64,000 nucleotides of DNA from Zootoca vivipara (Eukaryota), in the NCBI RefSeq assembly GCF_963506605.1, contig NC_083276.1, positions 82,584,001 through 82,648,000 on the forward strand, given 5' to 3'. The notes under the pieces are model-generated. The model saw only the letters and a program-made list of their open reading frames with translations. It had not been told where the DNA came from and made no database searches. Of the stretch, positions 62,243 to 64,000 are shown one piece after another. Both the position numbers and the translations under genes were made by a program. Within the stretch, counting starts at the first letter, position 1. The number at the start of each line of letters is the position of its first letter.

Positions 62243-63019
62243 TACCAGGATGGATCACAGCTGGGTAGAGAAGGGTTAAATTTCAGCTCCCTATGCATTG
62301 TGGTCCCAGTGAAAATTTAAATGTCTGATGTGCTTTTAAAAATTTAAATGTCTGATGTGCTTCTGAGTGGTGTTTTTCATCTCACATGCAGTTGGTCCCT
62401 AAAATATCCAGTGTACAATGTGCACTGTACAGTGTACAGTGGAAGGGCTGACTATTTATGGGGAGAATGTGACCAGGGCAACAAACAATCTATCTCAGGT
62501 CAGCTCTTTGAATACATTCCGAGGACTTTGCCTAGAAGTAACTGGCATTGGAATCGTATTCTTATAGATAGAAGCTTTGTGCCTTTAATTAAAAGATCTT
62601 TCGTGACTAGTGTCTGACAAACTTACGCCATCAGAAATGACACTCCGCTTCTCAAGTTATGAAACCTGCATTACAAGATCAAATTAAAAGTTCTTCTTTG
62701 TATCAGGGTCTTGTAGTATATAGGAATTCGGGGACATACTACCTCCTCATGGCACCTCCAACATGAATTGTCACTCCCTTTGTATATTTTCACCAATTTC
62801 GCCGGGGTCGGATGCCACCCAAAATTTATATACTGCTTTTTAACTTGCTTTCTTCAAACCAGTTAATGAATACAGTATTTATCTTACAGGGATTTTGTGA
62901 GAATACATGAGATGCGGAAATGCTGTCACCCTCCCTTGCCCTTATGTATAAAATTAGAATAATAGGGGGAACAAAACATTTTATTTTATTTTTTGCTTTA
63001 ATCAGCAATCTACACACTT

Positions 63020-63310
63020 AAATCAATTATTGCAGCCCTTCATTACCTGGACAGCCTTTCTTGGATGCAATGCAGCAGGAAACCAGCTGAAGTTTGTACA
63101 GGGCCCTATCGTTCTCTGTCTGTCTTTGTCTCTCTGTCTCTCACACATGCACACATTCACACTGTTGTGCTCTAAGAACCTAGAAGCGTGTGGCTTTGAT
63201 CAAGCCCTCTTAGCAAATCACTAAGATGTTTAATAAGCCCCCAGGAGCATTGAGATGCCTTCCAGTGGAAAATGAGTCATTAGAGAAACAACTCAACTTT
63301 TTTTAATGCA
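63020..63310. promoter_or_regulatory. candidate promoter/enhancer of the OR4 gene (HD + O/E composite)
   Basis: TAATAAGCCCCCAGGAG (63231-63247), AATGAGTCATTAG (63271-63283) and AACTTTTTTTAATG (63295-63308), about 1.6 kb upstream of the ATG at 61622. Confidence 0.4.
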
Positions 63311-63430
63311 TAGGTTTTTATTCAACCAAGTTGTACTCAGAGTAGAGTCATTGAAATTAATGGCCCCAAGTTAGTTAGGCCCATTAACTTCAATAGGTCT
63401 ACTCTGAGCTGCACTAGCATGGGGTACCAT

Positions 63431-63770
63431 TGTTGTTGTTTAGTCGTTTAGTCGTGTCCGACTCTTCGTGACCCCATGGACCAGAGCACGCCAGGCACTC
63501 CTGTCTTCCACTGCCTCCCGCAGTTTGGTCAAACTCATGTTCATAGCTTCGAGAACACTGTCCAACCATCTCGTCCTCTGTCGTCCCCTTCTCCTTGTGT
63601 CCTCCATCTTTCCCAACATCAGGGTCTTTTCCAGGGAGTCTTCTCTTCTCATGAGGTGGCCAAAGTATTGGAGCCTTAGCTTCAGGATCTGTCCTTCCAG
63701 TGAGCACTCAGGGCTGATTTCCTTAAGAATGGATAGGTTTGATCTTCTCGCAGTCCATGGGACTCTCAGG
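63431..63770 (-). mobile_element. RTE-BovB 3' fragment
   Basis: ORF EDSLEKTLMLGKMEDTRRRGRQRTRWLD and (CAA)n tail. Confidence 0.9.
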
Positions 63771-64000
63771 AGTCAATTTGTATACCATAGGATACAAATT
63801 TCAAGGAGGCATTTCGAGTTCTATTAGCCACAATGGCCATGTGTCCTTCATTGCAGAGAACAGCCCTCCATTTGAAGGCATCTTGTCTTTCAAGGGATGA
63901 CTGGGTCTTTACCTTCTTTGAACCATAAAGAACCATAAGATGAGAGTGAGGAAGGGGGGTGAAGTTACCTGTCAACAGTTAGTATTGAACATACTGAGCA

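Noticed and set aside
1-64000. Prokaryote-type systems (CRISPR, defence islands, operons)
   Set aside because: The sequence is vertebrate nuclear DNA; all reverse transcriptase motifs belong to L1, L2, CR1 or BovB LINEs.

Overview
This is a vertebrate olfactory receptor (OR) gene cluster. The repeat content (Sauria SINEs, RTE-BovB, L1, L2, CR1, hAT and Tc1/mariner MITEs) points to a squamate, probably a lacertid lizard. There are seven intact single-coding-exon class II ORs: 5132-6067(-), 13093-14031(+), 23578-24516(-), 32325-33278(+), 39450-40400(+, OR5I1 orthologue candidate), 49450-50418(+) and 60699-61622(-, OR4S2-like). Two OR remnants are also present: 504-597, cut by an LTR-like insertion, and 25821-26261, which is 3'-truncated. 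Main observations: (1) a ~3 kb inverted duplication of an OR coding exon appears to have been copied into the middle of one Tc1/mariner-type MITE using a second MITE copy as template; (2) between the two tail-to-tail copies is a cluster of homeodomain and O/E (Lhx2/Ebf-type) composite motifs, including a 12/13 match to the mouse H/P-element 13-mer, a candidate reptile OR enhancer; (3) an OR5I1 / OR5W-like / OR4S-like arrangement resembles my recollection of the human 11q12 cluster; (4) a young 5'-truncated L1 sits inside a MITE; (5) a HAL1-like ORF1-only retroelement carries a hAT element with a 72-bp minisatellite. There is an assembly gap at 12142-12354. Family names come from motif recognition and recall, not database searches.
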